DNA from: an uncultured virus (IMG/VR IMGVR_UViG_3300028196_001171)
Lineage: Duplodnaviria; Heunggongvirae; Uroviricota; Caudoviricetes
Direction: 5' to 3' (one strand)
Virus record (IMG/VR): IMGVR_UViG_3300028196_001171
Length of the DNA: 55,066 nucleotides
This document shows, piece by piece, positions 31,001 through 38,890 of the stretch (its first letter is position 1; each line of letters begins with the position of its first letter). The notes under the pieces were generated by a model. The model made no database searches. It worked only from the letters and a program-made list of their open reading frames with translations, and was not told where the DNA came from. A program made the position numbers and the translations under genes.

Positions 31001-33046
31001 TTCTTAACAGCAACTCCTGTATTTAATGAACTTTATGAAAAACTTGAAAAGTCATTTGCTGTAGATGCTATAACTTTTAATGAAGAGACAGAGCAGAAGA
31101 TTAGAAGGGATATGCTTTCTTACTTTACTATAAAAGCGTATATGCATAACAATGCAAATACACAAGATAAAGATGCAGGAACATTAAGCAATAAGCTTAT
31201 ATACCCTATGGTAGATGCTCAAAATATTTATGATTCTATTAGAAGATTAAATGCTGCAGACAATGATAACTTTTTTCTTAAATCATTTGTTACACAGTTA
31301 CCTGTGAATGCAGAGTCTAACAAAACAGGAATTAATATTTTAGCTGCTAATACATGGAGAAATTTAAATAAACTCCAGAAGATAGATCTTCAAACCTCAT
31401 TTGCAAAATTGTATGGTAACCCTGCAACAAGAAAAGATGCCTCAACAATTGTAAATTACATTATGGTTAAAGATGGTTTGCAGCTTTCTAAAGATAGCTT
31501 ATTAGAAGCAATATCTCCTTTTGTAATGGATTCTTATCTACAACAAATAGAGACTGCCAAAGAGTCTTTACTTAATGATAAAGATTACAAGGATGCTTTT
31601 GGTTTAACAAAAGATGAGTTATTTAATGAGTTTGAAAATGGATACTTATCATCTAATGTTGGTATGTTTAATCTTACTTTTAAAGAGGTTAGGACAGACG
31701 TTGATGGTTCTTCAGATACACAAACTTCAATTAAAGGTAAAACAGCACTAAGTAAAGACGGTGTGTTAACATTATCTGCCCCTAAGAACTCACAGGTTGA
31801 TGGTGCATTTGTTTTTGAAAATCAACCAAAATACTTAAGGTATTATACTGAAACAGATACTGGATTTGGAGTAGAAAGATCAAACAAATTATTTTTACTA
31901 AGGGAAGATCAAGAAAAAAGCACATCATTTATGTATGATGAAGTTCCATTTATGGGGTCAAATTATCAAAATGCAATAGGGTTTATGTTTGGTGCTAGAG
32001 ATACATATGCAACAGTTAGAAATAATATTAGTAATAAAACTGATATTATAGGTAATATAGAAGACATGCTTGGTATAGATCAAGTTATTGATTCATTGGA
32101 TATTGAAAATCTTAATTTAGATAGATCAAAATCTATATCAGCCCGTGCACTTAGAACTGAAAGTGCAAATGTATCTGCTACAGAAGACAGTGTAGAATTT
32201 CAAATAGATTCAGCTGCTGTTCCAGTTAACATTGCACAGGTAAATGCTGATACACTTTTAGAAAGCTTAACAACTCCTACAGAACAAACTAGTAAGGTTG
32301 AAATATCTTCTAATGCTAAAGGTTTAGCAGCAGCGCTTACTAATCCTACGGAATTAGCTAAGTCTAAAGGTAACCTTGCAGAGTCTTACCCTATAACTTT
32401 TAACGGTAAAAACTATAAAGATGTTGAGGCAGCTTATCAGGCATTAAAAGATAAGTCTGAAGCTAGGACTAAACCCACTAAGGAAAATAGTAATAACTAT
32501 AGGTTGATGGTAGATTTAATATCAGCTAAGTTAGAGCAACACCCTAGGTTAATTTCTTCAATAACTGAAAAAGGAGGTGTTGATTGGATAAGTTCTTCTA
32601 CTCACCAACCTACTAAACAAAATACAGTTTGGGAAACAGGTGGTCAAGATTGGTTTATTGAATCTTTAGCTGATGCTTATAGATCTACTCAACCAGCAAC
32701 ACAATCAAGAGAACAAGCTAATATTAAAACAGAGACAGAAGGTATTTTATCAGCTGAAAATAATATGCCTGAGCTAACTTCAAAACAAAATGAACAATTA
32801 GATTTATTTGATGCAGCTTTAGAAGACAAGTATCCATTAATAACAGTATTCTATAATGAAACAATTAATGCTCCATACATAGCAGATGAGTTTACTGAGA
32901 TGAGAAAAAACCTGGCTGATAATAATATTGTATCTTTGAAAGATCTTACAGCATTATATGAAAATGAAACATTGTCATATGAAGGGAAAACAGAAGAGGA
33001 AAAAATTAAAAATTTCTTAGAAGAAATCAAAAGATGTAATTTATAG
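19037..33046 (+). CDS. Virion-packaged single-chain DNA-dependent RNA polymerase (crAss-like), with a zincin-like domain and a C-terminal NADAR-like domain
   Basis: 4669 aa. RIPSQ...SGADFDIDK, with catalytic DFDID at 29666-29680 as in phi14:2 gp66. HEAFH at 25196-25210. ITFNGKNYKDVEAAYQA at about 32393-32443. Confidence 0.9.
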   Translation: MEEVNKNLPSSGNNLTDQILADTTALNPIDSSKPYVSITDIMDDDPTAVSDEYKNMISAYQTDIDKFGPINMGNINSDLPSPTFSTLPNQNTDTYESQMDSLIKSIGSPMVKEEGALGKPIFENVRSLNFDRQYQSEAFGDIGFTPYADMDDVYNQNMTAYDGWQRGWEQFQHLAGTGFVSSYRSIADFFDGDDYLSSPDLTSAYEMEDAMRIGGSTDGSFIGKAGNLGLNFGYTAGIVASVAFEEVIMAAAAAAGTLPSGGSSWAAFGAGTLNNLRKLGNLFDVSRAAKASRDLVKTLKNIENARSFYNVSRGVASAGLKFVAPELTHAIKNWKTTGNTAKNLLNIGKNTHVFGAFYRDMRMVNASMSESKMEAGMVFNQIEMNGLNYFNYKNGAGKGITEEQAKNTRIKAAEGAFKAQMRNFLIIHASNRIVLKNAFGGWQRKLNQEAQRVLRGTGGKAIKAEKYLFKRIPQELNLAFKTQGWKGVPKVLGSQMLKYAAANLAEGVQEVSQEAISAATIGYYSSLLRDPLAGAPSTYGAFGQQAVGNVFSKEGAEVFASGFFMGGLAGPYQQVLFQGMPAIFRKGQSIYNKSTVKEGETAADPYTEYNAAREKAVDDVVNYINKINDQQMNAEKPLEAILSENQLKLTLQKQQQGLMNLNIAMGDKKEYFDNRNFAEFDALKKAFDTGSIVFLKDNLVNLNKLNDKELVDAFKGSGRSAKSLRNKISTQLERIDSFGKTVTDNLGGIFPTKYDPKQFDPGTEEFIKESFKLQAYEQTKLLYMFTNESFKNAAIRQSEIENRLETEPLIANQGATDIRLLYTKDTIEQEIKTLETEIDAYEDTTEGNKLKSKKQKKKKALEKYLKIFTDPKNLTKKGYFARNKVKTSGLDTAFKNYIEALADKSSDFVDYGKIKEALTLITDHVALQEDASAYSKSVDLLTNPKVQEQLEERATEYLEYIYKNRKTIYKRQTEAFIDSVEKTKLLNGLAEVDILMEESFAREFLQDEISLEDLLQGVNEGKLIQNGRRLNPNVIKDAESLAKAVAIIKNYIGVKVQQERKSEVSDEAVANAEILDIEETLQQAGIDVEVDEQVDSNILNEILKQQYLKYRANDKSSDPLDFSQWSATNEALKIKKAFIAIKRVWAKGYSTTVEEYGNLVERSRIPSAGDIDEEKGFQEYLDSREAIENPIIEDILKQLDLSYDIFTNRNINKKSNLKAIKGGDGVNFRVISIDVADEDQKLYKIINNNGSDLSAVQLDAISGQGVYNNARAALDQFTILEEEYSDGSTFKFDGLTLIRGQFVYDKVTGEEFRVAVNRPLGDNIQLVTPEDYGKPYADRKQKAITESELDFSERYYDEKLIVDKVPDGTAKITADNIANIYVRENAGESKESAEKRLSWIINNLTDNVYNNLVIDVKPNPNKAATQFSYGGVAQPNKYILTKGEPYNIQIRIKDELTLLEVNQKLQAVGLQPISDKNNGIIGNIANSSYIYKVGVNEFTPSTMSTDLAKNIFNVDTSKTTIEQELAKAIDSTTRKDVLVNFLNKQYASGITEITFESLKENGFSIVREDGYPDYNTDNPLTVLSDFYKAGLSSDGKGGILIYDITRDKNGESVGEPEVISNLIDDELKVLEKEAKEGLQNGLWSKMLGPNTLGYTERYQYVIKQPNGVYTLATAKTIGQDKTIISQFVTGMMDKVIELKEGNKEKNIKPSINEKGNYINGQTQQTVGQEIDVFNLENNKSIRIAMVPGFDVTINVAPFGKIRAVVEKNRSKITTTYLELSEIKASSDPLKQLNDLLKKINADLDVAGYDTVNISLNQFTTSLSLNADVQTTLESLGTKLSPRVRRNSKLNFETTSAANQASFDKDVNLSAEDNTNKILNLGDKITTNAVFTETLAFTDAEGNPIPVGEEKTATSTDGSIDLASITQSPLDQLNVKLKEIEDTTKKEVGARGLTKALRNDPVYQKLKQARDKLISNKVVTNFTAEDVQSLNDFTVWAQNNLPDSITLADINVLGSNLLKGGVRVGGFALNMNALAGNLKIGGTIYTGASNPFKYHEAFHAVYRLLLTPEEQVKLRAIARKEVRSKLRKENKSFTKELQKFKNTSEQYDNLSLKELQNLFYEEYMADEFNKFKLNPRDTNTDSVVKSWFTKLLDWIKGIFSKYTKTQLQSLYENIDSGRYAQAESVSNEFTDNYSNEIVIANAVIPYEQVQVGTSKGQLFLDSSVANNIVLTMAATFVERQQQDPKVSREDRMSEILDDFEWLYSVDNPSNQSNMNDGERSKLLQKITDSFIYSNSYEDLTESPYYKAAFDVLDTIDFQKAEEVEEADSLEQDQGLRNVTQYGKEAYLNGSFSSLSSYFRKYLATITRAESDIFGNTTITRKDNREEKLIVPINVYNTYNGIMKAMEGRTEPMEIVQSLALFSTSNPDTKAAVNKIFTDLGITMGESVSDMVLPTKIKNSILFNQLKAFSNFKVEWLFQKTDNNGSLITFSAAERDDANTQLSLWSQAYTSLLQEWKIKPKERNSAVKSVSSLRQVLLSGKKFNDQKLDDSSKNAAKQIFDNTGISLSPQYIKFSILKSNGTNEKHPDQELLLSLNTNAEPITAEQLYFISEIIKSKETAHELYSDEKGAAGRLKSMAVNNAIFDESIGLSVFKNVNGDLVNAHQKPTYHLKRIKELNYPAKLQELSEKEYLSNNYLLNNDKFKAMSDANMLSVQRVSGVAEVKTLDRDVDYDQYISGVLNTTEYGSFTAGQFMANLINNYTLDFNPKTNKLKKSVVVNQETGLVEQIATSPIQIRILESSNTNDMTTLPVTIAVSGKNADITDTIIDASFDFVKNEYDRIVREQGENRTKDSYKGYDDRKLSFVNNSDLISEELRKSLEVSAQQKVGETLEKHLTFKEALKNNELSEKQFKDQLRNNLEIKYKRFKSLYDTLKIDNKISNEIKSGIVQDRTGVDRANAVAAAEKLNLRKDLDYNLRQIFFNDYINTKSINELLLGDQALILKDSVDKIKRAKGQNAAFDNVYTNMVDTNLGVDTMTENISVLTFDDPILNSWFTGQGIERADAQVYLTTKAFRNFWFGLGKLTKSQADVITKIERGERITSSDIFDEGGLIQTDGMLNSKKFVHFDGEQFIKMSAFVLSPSFTSIDTGKKDNDGNVIWEENPLRPELHKLREDLETIQRNTGNVAIATPVSAQKMAKKNVQLLDESISEPSSIISAKDFGLQVVNPSNKNSVTEVSQIKLLATNEQEDSQQVNIPGYPALTNIKKVKAFYNDALKKRVVLKFKNKRNLVFTFDGVMSEFNVSKERNNLTPDLASFLSYAINSLKASKSSSNVIEFFSIDPVSGQPKFDFNNPLAIAKAEQLFLSYFTKGVFQEKIPGHGLALVSDFGNNIYRRVFSVEEIKDEAGNSKFLPLRHEVIRESDAVRMKALDVKQFSMAELAQKQIPKEGIVVIDRLRYGLQEFDDKGRSTKQRYSESMMPAHFKDVFEKVAEKGGAIPEMIAKMFAVRIPSQDNHSTMNIKLVDFMPVYYGSSAMFAAELVEVSGADFDIDKVYTQILEYYYSKEEKKFFQYGATQGRQYKDYVEYINTKVKQDTIYAEALKSFKVQGSRLEDSYDDNFIIDQMFTDDALKAVTRLGLPVTKAQYQKYKEEYGEPYEAPINNAVLNMRYALMGNEAVQDISYTPATLDAVKEAYASLEKFAPGYTQSMNGSEVDVDDINGKVISFINNKGAAIGRAVSPNLAISLLSEYKIKLPGELQFSILNKPYTGFDTATTTEGKRKQDTISAIITMLTDNSKENFMSKLGMHKQAVPRAVTMVALGIPLSDAILILNSKIARDLFEQASNKIQKFDAGFKGLVNQELAFKQGQIKDGKILGIDLSTGIKTREDLGGLVEGGGSFKQELELLEILSTVNTINEFIGNMNSLTGISGSAGLGKNFADIASIKKDLQKIGAIEKIGENPVIDISRILENSFVKQNLDIFNEITNELLPQVFLTATPVFNELYEKLEKSFAVDAITFNEETEQKIRRDMLSYFTIKAYMHNNANTQDKDAGTLSNKLIYPMVDAQNIYDSIRRLNAADNDNFFLKSFVTQLPVNAESNKTGINILAANTWRNLNKLQKIDLQTSFAKLYGNPATRKDASTIVNYIMVKDGLQLSKDSLLEAISPFVMDSYLQQIETAKESLLNDKDYKDAFGLTKDELFNEFENGYLSSNVGMFNLTFKEVRTDVDGSSDTQTSIKGKTALSKDGVLTLSAPKNSQVDGAFVFENQPKYLRYYTETDTGFGVERSNKLFLLREDQEKSTSFMYDEVPFMGSNYQNAIGFMFGARDTYATVRNNISNKTDIIGNIEDMLGIDQVIDSLDIENLNLDRSKSISARALRTESANVSATEDSVEFQIDSAAVPVNIAQVNADTLLESLTTPTEQTSKVEISSNAKGLAAALTNPTELAKSKGNLAESYPITFNGKNYKDVEAAYQALKDKSEARTKPTKENSNNYRLMVDLISAKLEQHPRLISSITEKGGVDWISSSTHQPTKQNTVWETGGQDWFIESLADAYRSTQPATQSREQANIKTETEGILSAENNMPELTSKQNEQLDLFDAALEDKYPLITVFYNETINAPYIADEFTEMRKNLADNNIVSLKDLTALYENETLSYEGKTEEEKIKNFLEEIKRCNL

Positions 33047-33049
33047 AAT

Positions 33050-36000
33050 ATGGGAAAGTGTCACAATAAAAATCTAACAACGTATAAAAACTTAAAGAAA
33101 GTTTATAAGACTGATATTATAACAAATAATGTAATAAATCAATATCAGAGACTTTCAAAGGGTGATGCTATACCTACTGTTGTTGAAGCGCAAAACATGA
33201 TTGCTAATAAAAAAGTTCTTTTTAACTTGAAGCAAGAAGAGTTTGGTGTTGCATTATTAAATAATCTTAGAAGGCTAAAAATAATACATAGCTTTGGGGG
33301 TAAGTACTATATTAATAATACTGATACAGATACATTACAACCAAGCCAAAGACTTATAGACTCTAATGTTAGAAGGTTAAATAGGTATCTTGAAATAAAT
33401 AACATACCTGTTGAGTCTATAGATATAGCTAAAACAAAAAAAACATTTTCTGTATCTATTAACCCGTCTATTTTTTCTGCAACTGACATGTTAGAATCCT
33501 CTAGAGCATGGGATAAACCTAGAGCAAGAAAAGTAGTTTCACATTTAATGAGAATGTTTCCTGGAATTAATGTTAAGTTAATGTCAGTAAAGGATGCAGA
33601 GAATCTTTATGCTAGTATACCTCAATGGAAAAAAGCAAAAGTTCCATTTAGTAAAATAAACTCATTTTATTTGGATGGTACTGCTATACTAATAAATGGC
33701 AGAGTAACAGATGAAATAGCAATAGAAGAAGTATTACACCCTTTCATAGATGCTGTAAAACTAGATAATGAAGATCTATTTAATTCTTTATTAAATGAAG
33801 CACAAAGGAATTTTCCTGAAATGACTCAACAAATAAAAGATGCTTACCGTGGTAAAAGAAGATTTACAGAAGCTGATGTTCAATTAGAAATTGTAACACA
33901 AGCACTATCTAGACATTTTAATAATGAGTATGAGAATACCCCAACTAAAAGTTTTACTGATAAAATAAAACAATTTTTAGAGTGGTTTTCTAAAATTATT
34001 AAAAACCTCAATGAGGTAATTACAGGGCGTGTTCTTGAAGTAAATAATATATCTGATAAAGCAACCTTAAGTGACATTGCTAGATTGCTTAATACAGATG
34101 GTATATCATTTAAACTAGATACACCTGTTAATGGTAGAATAAGATATAGCCTATCACCTGAAAAACAAAAGATAGTCAATGTAGCAAAAAAAGAAGGTGG
34201 GGTTTTACAGAGAAGAATGATTGATAGATTATTTCACAATGTTCAAAGTGCTAAAGAGGAATCAGATACTTTGTCTGCCTCAGAAGGAGTTACTTTTAAC
34301 AGTGATGACTTGGTTATTTTGAATAAAGAAGACGGTAAATATTATAGTCTTACCAGCAAAAAACCTTTTATATCAGCTAAAGAAGCGCTTGGTAGAGAAG
34401 AAACTAAAGAACAACAGCTTATTAAAAATGATTTAAGTACAATGTTAGATGCTATTGCATCTCATGAATCTTTTGATAAGATATCTGATAAGATTACAAA
34501 TATAGAAACTGATGTAGCTAAGCAGGCTTTTAGTAATATAGTAAATCAGGTTAATACAGTTAAAAGTCAAGGAGATGTAATGTTGACTAATGTTGTTTTT
34601 CATGACGCATATTCAGAGATAGCTTCTAAAGCAGACATAGTCTTGGTTGCATCAACCGGACAACTTAAGATTTTACAAATACAATTAACTGAATCAAACG
34701 TTTTAAAAACAAATCCAAAGACTTGGGCTAAGGGAATATTTACTTCTACTAAAGATATGGGTATACTGTATGGTGATAAGAAAAATCCATACAATGTAGA
34801 TAAGGTAACTCTGGCAGAAACAAGTATGTATGCAAAACTTACTGATACAAAGTCCTTAACTCTTAAAACACTAGATGCTTTAGAAGTAAACCTTTTACAA
34901 AGAATGGTTGAAAATATGGGCTATGATATTGAGTATGGTGTTGGTAATGTTGCTAGTCTGCTGATTTCTTATAATGGTAAGAAAATAAGGTTTGACGGTA
35001 ATGAGCCACATGGGTATAAACAAAATGCAGAAAAGGTCAATGTTTTAATACCGGCTATAGATACAAACTTAGCAGAACAAGAGATATCAGAACAAGTCCT
35101 TAAAGACGCAGCAGAACAAATTTATAATGCTGAGCAAGATATAGAATCTGCTGAAAATTTTGCTGATACTGTTGATCCTTTAGAATATCCTGAACAAGGA
35201 ACCGTTCTTGGTGCCTTAGAAACATATGAAAAAGCTTTAAAAAGTAAACAAGAAGTAGAAGATTTATTAAAGGAAAACATATATAGAGATAGATCAAAAG
35301 AAGATGTGCAAGAAGAAATAGCAAGTACATTGAGTTACATAGCTCTTGCTAAACAAGAAGGTCCTATATCACAGTCTAGAGTGTACACAAGATTGTTACA
35401 GGATGCTCTAAGACAGATGAAGTCATTTAAAGAATATGCTACTGACCCTAAGAATCAAAGTAAAAAAGAATACATAACATATATATTAAACTTTAATAGA
35501 TTCCTTTCAACATTTGAGGGGCTTCATGCTATAGAAGCCAACAAAGAATTAAATGCAACACAAAGATCATTATTAGGTAGTATTAATATTGAACTTACTC
35601 AACTACTTGGTAATGATATTGTATCAGAAGTAGGTGCTAACAGAGGTATAATTAAAACAGCTATACTTGATTATGTTGCTACTGTAATTAGAGCTTTTGC
35701 AAAGAAAGGAAAAAAGACAGATGCTGAAACAGTCATACAGTCACATTCAGGACAGACAATTACTCTTGATGATTTGGATGAGTTATTTAATCTTGTACCT
35801 GATATATCTAACTCAGAACTTTATGCCAAGGATTTAGCAACATCAAAAGATGTCATTCTTGCAACTATGGATAAAATATTTAAGTTTAAAAAGCAAGAAT
35901 TCTTAGATAGAGTTCAAGCTAGAAAAGCAGATATATTAGATGCTGGTAAAACACTACTAGAACTCTCAGGTGAAAAAGATCTTCAAAGGTTATATGATTT

Positions 36001-38797
36001 TATGCTTGAGTTTAATGATGACAAAAAATTTACAGGATTCTATACAACAAGAATAGGTCAAAATTACCTAAATGAAAAGAAGGCATTGAGAGATAAACTC
36101 TACGATGCTAATGGTAAACCAAGAAAATATTTCCCTATTTATTCTTTAGCTAATGCTGACCCTATTCAAATAGAAAAGAATAAAGAACTCTATAGAGATA
36201 AAAAAGCTTTTGCTGATTTTATGCAAGCTGAAAAACTAGAGGATGGTGTTTTAACTTCAGGAACATTCCACCAATATACACAAGAGTTTATTGACGTTAG
36301 AAAAAACTATGAGTATGCTCAAGTCTGGTCTAATGGAGAGGGTGTTACTTGGATTAAAAAACCAGGTGTCCCACAAACTGCTTATGATGTATATAAAAGT
36401 AAATACTATTATAAAGTAGAGTATACAAAAACTTTTAAAGATGCTAACAGAGAACCAACTGGAGCTATAAAAGAAAATAAAAATTTTGATGCTGTAAAGC
36501 CTGATTATGTTGAGGTTAAAGATAAAAGATCTGATACAGGCGCTAGTTTAATTAACCCTAAGTATGAAGCTATAATGAACCCAACAGATCAGTTGGGAGA
36601 AGCTAGAAAGCAATATTACTTAAAGTTTGTTGAGCATTATGAGGACTTGCTTAAAAAACTACCAAGAAGTCAAAGAATGCAAATGCTAGGTAAGGTGCCT
36701 GTTATTGCTAATAACTTTGTGGATGAGGTAATGACTAAACCATCTTTCTTTGCTAGAATGATACCTAAGTTTTTAGGAAGTATAAAGAACTTATTTACTG
36801 AAACATCAGAGCAAAAGGTTGTTCTCTTAAATGAACAGGGAAAATTAGTAGATACTCTTCCTGTATTTTACACTGGTAACCCAAGGGTAGAAGGACAACT
36901 TGAAAAAGTATATGAAGACATTCAAGATCTTAAAGATAAAAGAATGCAGGGTGGTATTAATGTTGACCAATATAAAAAAGAAAGAGCAGTATTAGAAGCT
37001 GAAGCAGCCAAGTTAAGATCACAACCTACACTGGGTGAAGTTAGTACAGACATGACTAAAAGTTTAGTTAAGTTTGCAAGTATGGCAGAAAACTTTGAGG
37101 TGATGGGTCAAATAGAAGACACATTACAAGCAATGGTACAAGCTTTAAAGATGAGAGCTTATAAAGAACCAGGTACAGCGCTTGAGTTAATTGCAAAAAT
37201 AAAACAAGGATCACAAGGATTTGTGAATACAGTTGTAGGTAGAGATAGTCAAACTGGTTTGCAAAGTAATGCAGAAAAACGTGCTCATCATTGGATGAAA
37301 ATGGTTTACTATGATAACGATAAAATAACTAAAGGTGCTGTAGATAAGTTAGCCGGTGGATTAATTAATCTATCCTCATTATCTTATGTGGCCTTTAACA
37401 TATTTGGTAACTTTAATAACTTGACTCTGGGTCAAATTAACAATTACATAGAAGCTGCCGGTGGTTTATTTTATACAGCAGGAGATTATACTGAAGCTAC
37501 TAAGATGTTTTATACTATGGGTACCCAAGGTATGATAGAGAGAACAGCTAATGCTGTTGAGTCAGCAGCAGATTTTACAGGTAGAGTAATAACCGGTAAT
37601 AATTTACAAATAAAAAGAGGCAACTATGATCCAGATAAAGCACTTAATAAATATGAAGCAATAGTTCAGTTTTTTAGAATGATGGATGATGATGCAGATA
37701 TAAGAGAACAATTTGGGTTAGGTGATGGTGATACTTTATGGTCAAGATTCACAAACTTTGGTTACTCTTTTAACCAGGGTGCTGAATACAAAGTTCAAAG
37801 TACTGTAGGTATGGCTATGTTATTAGGTACACAAATATCTAATGGTGAAGATTCTCTAAATCTAGTTGATGCTTTAGACTTTGATCAGTCAACAGGTAAA
37901 GTAACTATGCGAGAAGGCTATGATACAATTATTAATAAAGATGGATCTACTACAGAATATACAGATAGCTGGAGATTTGAAATGAGAAATAATATACGTG
38001 AAGTAAATAAACAGATACACGGTAACTATGCTAGAGAAGATAGAATGGTTATTCAAAATAACTTTACAGGTATATTAATGGCTCAGTTTCACAAGTGGGT
38101 TATGCCTGCTTTTAGAGCAAGGTTTCAAGAAAATTATTATGATCAAAACTTAGGTTGGTTAGAAGGTAGATATACATCTGCACTTAAGTTTTTAAATCAT
38201 ATACGAAAAACTGCTGTAACTGGTGAAAGGGGTATGGCTAAGTTTGGTTTAGCAGAGTTAGGTAAATCATTTAAAGAGGAGTACGGACTTGTAGATGGAA
38301 GATACGATGAGGGTAAAGCAAACATGATGCTTAAAAATGTATATAGAACATTGGGTGAAGCAATGATACTTCTGATTATTCATATCCTAGATGAGACTTT
38401 AGTTGGTGGAGATGATGATGACCCTATCCTTGTTAAAAAGCTTAGAAACTTTGGGGCTTATCAAGCAAACAGAACTTATAAAGAGATGGTTTTATTTAAC
38501 CCTTTACCTACACTAGGTGGTTACCAACAGGTATATCAGATGTTAAAATCTCCTATAGCTGCTACAAGAACTCTTGGAGAGTTGGGTGAATTACTTGACC
38601 TTACTTTTGGTACTGGATTTGGTTTACTAGTTTATAGTGATAAAGAATTTAGAGAAAACAGTAAATATGTATATCAAAACAAACCTAAGAAAGGTATGTG
38701 GAAGCTAGAAAAAAACTTCTATGATGTAGTTCCTGTATTATATACTTTACAAAAATGGAAAAACTTTGAAAAACTTGAAAGCTTCTATATTAAATAA
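33050..38797 (+). CDS. Giant ejection protein downstream of the RNAP, with degenerate metallopeptidase and PD-(D/E)xK-like domains
   Basis: 1915 aa. EEVLHP at 33725, IASKADIVLVASTGQLKILQIQ at about 34620, and a C-terminal QIHGNY...QFHKW region typical of this crAss-like gene position. Confidence 0.65.
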   Translation: MGKCHNKNLTTYKNLKKVYKTDIITNNVINQYQRLSKGDAIPTVVEAQNMIANKKVLFNLKQEEFGVALLNNLRRLKIIHSFGGKYYINNTDTDTLQPSQRLIDSNVRRLNRYLEINNIPVESIDIAKTKKTFSVSINPSIFSATDMLESSRAWDKPRARKVVSHLMRMFPGINVKLMSVKDAENLYASIPQWKKAKVPFSKINSFYLDGTAILINGRVTDEIAIEEVLHPFIDAVKLDNEDLFNSLLNEAQRNFPEMTQQIKDAYRGKRRFTEADVQLEIVTQALSRHFNNEYENTPTKSFTDKIKQFLEWFSKIIKNLNEVITGRVLEVNNISDKATLSDIARLLNTDGISFKLDTPVNGRIRYSLSPEKQKIVNVAKKEGGVLQRRMIDRLFHNVQSAKEESDTLSASEGVTFNSDDLVILNKEDGKYYSLTSKKPFISAKEALGREETKEQQLIKNDLSTMLDAIASHESFDKISDKITNIETDVAKQAFSNIVNQVNTVKSQGDVMLTNVVFHDAYSEIASKADIVLVASTGQLKILQIQLTESNVLKTNPKTWAKGIFTSTKDMGILYGDKKNPYNVDKVTLAETSMYAKLTDTKSLTLKTLDALEVNLLQRMVENMGYDIEYGVGNVASLLISYNGKKIRFDGNEPHGYKQNAEKVNVLIPAIDTNLAEQEISEQVLKDAAEQIYNAEQDIESAENFADTVDPLEYPEQGTVLGALETYEKALKSKQEVEDLLKENIYRDRSKEDVQEEIASTLSYIALAKQEGPISQSRVYTRLLQDALRQMKSFKEYATDPKNQSKKEYITYILNFNRFLSTFEGLHAIEANKELNATQRSLLGSINIELTQLLGNDIVSEVGANRGIIKTAILDYVATVIRAFAKKGKKTDAETVIQSHSGQTITLDDLDELFNLVPDISNSELYAKDLATSKDVILATMDKIFKFKKQEFLDRVQARKADILDAGKTLLELSGEKDLQRLYDFMLEFNDDKKFTGFYTTRIGQNYLNEKKALRDKLYDANGKPRKYFPIYSLANADPIQIEKNKELYRDKKAFADFMQAEKLEDGVLTSGTFHQYTQEFIDVRKNYEYAQVWSNGEGVTWIKKPGVPQTAYDVYKSKYYYKVEYTKTFKDANREPTGAIKENKNFDAVKPDYVEVKDKRSDTGASLINPKYEAIMNPTDQLGEARKQYYLKFVEHYEDLLKKLPRSQRMQMLGKVPVIANNFVDEVMTKPSFFARMIPKFLGSIKNLFTETSEQKVVLLNEQGKLVDTLPVFYTGNPRVEGQLEKVYEDIQDLKDKRMQGGINVDQYKKERAVLEAEAAKLRSQPTLGEVSTDMTKSLVKFASMAENFEVMGQIEDTLQAMVQALKMRAYKEPGTALELIAKIKQGSQGFVNTVVGRDSQTGLQSNAEKRAHHWMKMVYYDNDKITKGAVDKLAGGLINLSSLSYVAFNIFGNFNNLTLGQINNYIEAAGGLFYTAGDYTEATKMFYTMGTQGMIERTANAVESAADFTGRVITGNNLQIKRGNYDPDKALNKYEAIVQFFRMMDDDADIREQFGLGDGDTLWSRFTNFGYSFNQGAEYKVQSTVGMAMLLGTQISNGEDSLNLVDALDFDQSTGKVTMREGYDTIINKDGSTTEYTDSWRFEMRNNIREVNKQIHGNYAREDRMVIQNNFTGILMAQFHKWVMPAFRARFQENYYDQNLGWLEGRYTSALKFLNHIRKTAVTGERGMAKFGLAELGKSFKEEYGLVDGRYDEGKANMMLKNVYRTLGEAMILLIIHILDETLVGGDDDDPILVKKLRNFGAYQANRTYKEMVLFNPLPTLGGYQQVYQMLKSPIAATRTLGELGELLDLTFGTGFGLLVYSDKEFRENSKYVYQNKPKKGMWKLEKNFYDVVPVLYTLQKWKNFEKLESFYIK

Positions 38798-38838
38798 GAC
38801 AAATTAACAGGTTTAAATCCTAGGTATGACGTATAATT

Positions 38839-38856
38839 TATGTATATTATAGTATA
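38839..38856 (+). promoter_or_regulatory. Putative late promoter motif TATGTATATTATAGTATA
   Basis: Copy of the recurring intergenic motif, about 35 nt before the holin-like gene. Confidence 0.5.
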
Positions 38857-38890
38857 AACCTTTTGGATTAAAGCAAAATGAGATTAATCA

